Below, in pieces: positions 61,646 through 64,000 of a DNA stretch of 64,000 nucleotides. The DNA is from Bdellovibrionota bacterium (GTDB taxonomy: Bacteria; Bdellovibrionota_C; UBA2361; JBGSMV01). The notes beneath the pieces were generated by a model that did not search any database, was not told where the DNA came from, and saw nothing but the letters and a program-made list of their open reading frames with translations. Every line of letters starts with the position of its first letter. The stretch's first letter is position 1. The DNA is taken from positions 32,001 through 96,000 of the forward strand of contig JBIKWF010000003.1 of assembly GCA_044356455.1 (NCBI GenBank), read 5' to 3'. The position numbers and the translations under genes are program-made.

Positions 61646-62749
61646 TTAGAGATCTACAAGAGAAACAACACCTTGCGACACTTCAAAACAGCGTATCGGC
61701 AAGCCTTCAGTGAGCATCTCTTGGCGCCTTGAAACCCCGGTTATAAACACCTGCCTACCCCCTTTTTTGACCTCATCAAGAAGGGACTTACAGCGCCCAC
61801 TGTCAAGCTCTGAATCGAAGTCATCGAGTATCAAAAGAGGAGAATCGTGGCGGTGTTCTTCAATCAAACCAACCATGGAAAGTTTTAACGCCAAAACAAG
61901 ACTCCTGGATTGCCCTTGGGAGGCATACGCCCTGGCTTCATTGCCCCCGAAGAGAATTTCCACGTCATCGCGCTGCGGCCCAAGCACACAAGCCTTAAGC
62001 AGCTTCTCCCGCTGGCGCACTTCAGCCAATTTCTGCAGCGCCGCTTCCTCCGTGCTAGGAAAAGAGCTTCGAAGCCTAAGGCTTAGTGCTCCATCACCTG
62101 GCGCAATTGCGTGCATACAAAGCGACGCTCGAAGTTCTACCCGGTCAAGAAAGTCGCGGCGTGCGGCATTCACCGCTACTCCAGCCGAAGCAAGCATATG
62201 GTCACAAACATCAAGGGCTGCTTCGTCTACTTGTTTTTCTTTTAGAATTTTTGATTTTGTTTTTACCGCGCGATGGATTTGCATCAGCTCTCGAGCCAGC
62301 GGCGGAAAACAATCGATTAGGTGTTTATCTAAAAATCTACGCCTAAGGGCCGGGGCGCCTTTGATAAGTGCGATATCGGTAGGGGAGAAAGTAACGGCAA
62401 GAAGTTTGCCGAGAAAGTCTGTCATGGAATTCAATTTCTGCCCGTTGAGAAACGCCTCTTTACTGCCATCATCAAAAGACATCCCAAGAGGATAGCGTCC
62501 CTCCGGCGCGTTCGTAGGCTCGGCAATAATCTCAGCAAACACGGAAGATTGAGTAGTGTTCCAACGCGAGAGCTCGGAGGTAGAAGAGGTACGAAAGGAG
62601 CGCGCAGCAGAAAGTAAATGAATCGCTTCTACGAGGTTTGTTTTTCCCTGACCATTCCGGCCCGTTATGATGTTGAGGCGCGGAGAAAATGAAACAGTTT
62701 GATCGGCTAAGTTTCTAAACTGATAAACGGAAAGAGATTCTATGCGCAT
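61646..62749 (-). CDS. recF: DNA replication/repair protein RecF
   Basis: FRN, GRNGQGKTN, SFR, RRRFLD, GPQRDD, SQGQ, LILDD..SELD. Confidence 0.95.
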   Translation of the reverse strand: MRIESLSVYQFRNLADQTVSFSPRLNIITGRNGQGKTNLVEAIHLLSAARSFRTSSTSELSRWNTTQSSVFAEIIAEPTNAPEGRYPLGMSFDDGSKEAFLNGQKLNSMTDFLGKLLAVTFSPTDIALIKGAPALRRRFLDKHLIDCFPPLARELMQIHRAVKTKSKILKEKQVDEAALDVCDHMLASAGVAVNAARRDFLDRVELRASLCMHAIAPGDGALSLRLRSSFPSTEEAALQKLAEVRQREKLLKACVLGPQRDDVEILFGGNEARAYASQGQSRSLVLALKLSMVGLIEEHRHDSPLLILDDFDSELDSGRCKSLLDEVKKGGRQVFITGVSRRQEMLTEGLPIRCFEVSQGVVSLVDL

Positions 62750-62797
62750 TGCCCTTCACTAGATGACTTATTAAGAGATTCGCTAAAGAAAAACTGC

Positions 62798-64000
62798 CTA
62801 CTCATAGGCAAGTTTGAGGGCCCGAACGCGTTCTTTATATTGAGCTTTATTTAATGAACCTGAACGATAGCTAGATTTGAGTTGAGCAATCTTGCTATCG
62901 AGCTCTGCTTCAAGACGATACGCAATTTCACGGTAGCGATCTTTGGTTATCCGTCCCTGGCGGTATGCCTCTTTGGCTGCGCGAATGCTACGGAAACTAG
63001 GCCGCGGCGTTGGCTTAGGCTCAGCAACTATCTTCTCAGCTCCATTCGATTGACCGGAGTTTTTTTGAGCGGGATTGTTTGCTGTTCCCGTTTCTGAAAA
63101 CCGAGGTTGCTGAGGAGCCGGGTTATTCTTTGCTATCGTGGTGTTACCAGTGCCTGATGTAGAGCTTACTGATACGGTACCTGTTCCAAGCGGCACATTG
63201 CTTGCCGAGTTTCCCTCGGTAAATTTACCCACGAGTGAACTAAGTCCACTCATCATTGCGGCGAGCTTCTCCGGTGAAGTTGTCGGAATGGGACTCGCGT
63301 CGGCGATTTGGTCGAGTGGTTTGGGGCCGGATTGTGGTGCGCTCAGCGGCGCCTTATCTGAAGGAGGGGCGTAACTAGAAGATCCAAGCACTACGGTAAT
63401 TCCGCCCTTCCCGCCCGCTTCTTGTGATGCCACTACTGCATCTTGGCTTTTACTTTCTGCTTCAACCTCACCTGCGGTGCTTACTTCAATTTTATTCTTA
63501 GAGGGAGAAAGGAGCGACCATGCTCCCCAAAGTAGCGCTGCGATAATAACGCCAAGAACTGCGTGGCCAGCCAGCCCGTGCCGTTCTCTCATCTGCTGCA
63601 TGGCTTGCCAGTTCATGGCCTGCCAATTGGAAGTGGAGCGCGACATGGCTAAGACATGAGCACCACCAAAGGGGTACTGAATAGATGAGTGGTGACTTGG
63701 GCCATTTCCATTTTTACCACCTGGAACGCCAATCGGCTCAGCTACCAGGCGATTTGAGGTAAATCGGGGAATTGAGAATATTTTTACTGGCGAGCTAATC
63801 CCTTTCAGTTCCTGAGATCCAATTTCCTTAATAGGAACCTCGGCCTTATTCATTGCCAAGTAGACGGCTTCACTCAGGTAGACTTCATCTACTGGGGTAA
63901 TGGCCTCTATGCGACTGGTAAGATTAACAGGATCGCCAAAAACGTCTGTTTTGGTAACGCGAACTTCACCTAAGCTCGCGGCAATTCGAATATGAATCTG
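62798..64000 (-). CDS. Class III adenylate/guanylate cyclase domain membrane protein (5' end outside the window)
   Basis: The frame stays open to the window edge: IRIAASLGEV..DVFGDPVNLTSRIEA..EVYLSEAVY..ELKG; then one TM, a low-complexity linker and a short helical C-terminus. Confidence 0.85.
   Translation of the reverse strand, partial: QIHIRIAASLGEVRVTKTDVFGDPVNLTSRIEAITPVDEVYLSEAVYLAMNKAEVPIKEIGSQELKGISSPVKIFSIPRFTSNRLVAEPIGVPGGKNGNGPSHHSSIQYPFGGAHVLAMSRSTSNWQAMNWQAMQQMRERHGLAGHAVLGVIIAALLWGAWSLLSPSKNKIEVSTAGEVEAESKSQDAVVASQEAGGKGGITVVLGSSSYAPPSDKAPLSAPQSGPKPLDQIADASPIPTTSPEKLAAMMSGLSSLVGKFTEGNSASNVPLGTGTVSVSSTSGTGNTTIAKNNPAPQQPRFSETGTANNPAQKNSGQSNGAEKIVAEPKPTPRPSFRSIRAAKEAYRQGRITKDRYREIAYRLEAELDSKIAQLKSSYRSGSLNKAQYKERVRALKLAYE

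Noticed and set aside
61710..62495. 261-aa plus-strand ORF
   Set aside because: Antisense shadow of recF, with Ser/Arg-rich composition and no motifs.
63598..63629. NWQAM NWQAM repeat in the cyclase gene
   Set aside because: A short imperfect in-frame duplication in a linker; no sign of function.

Overview
Chromosomal window of a Gram-negative bacterium. Gene content (MXAN_5187-type and HDOD proteins, a diheme caa3-type oxidase, YdbH/YnbE/YdbL) suggests a deltaproteobacteria-derived lineage such as Bdellovibrionota/Myxococcota, but this is inference only. Recognisable genes are: an A2-type cytochrome c oxidase operon (sco-coxBACD), a DtxR/MntR regulator, yqeY, a double-length uvrA, phnA, ydbH-ynbE-ydbL, a sulfur/thiol cluster (DAACS symporter, cysK, trans-sulfuration lyase, SAM methyltransferase, bshC-bshB1-bshA), a split ABC-2 exporter, two type II TA pairs, an AAA/DUF4143 ATPase, a diheme oxidoreductase, glmU, a DEAD-box helicase, gyrB, recF and a truncated class III cyclase. 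The main non-obvious signals are: (1) a dispersed 128/137-bp MITE-like family with four full copies and several solitary ends, each with YTAR flanks, terminal inverted repeats and a palindrome built of 9-bp units; (2) a probable (N-methyl-)bacillithiol supply and synthesis cluster; (3) a promoter-driven rod-like ncRNA candidate (6S-like) upstream of the DtxR gene; (4) a perfect Per-box palindrome in front of an unknown exported protein; (5) a nested inverted-repeat element beside a TA pair. No rRNA, tRNA, CRISPR array, transposase or integrase was recognised. All calls were made by eye, with no database searches.
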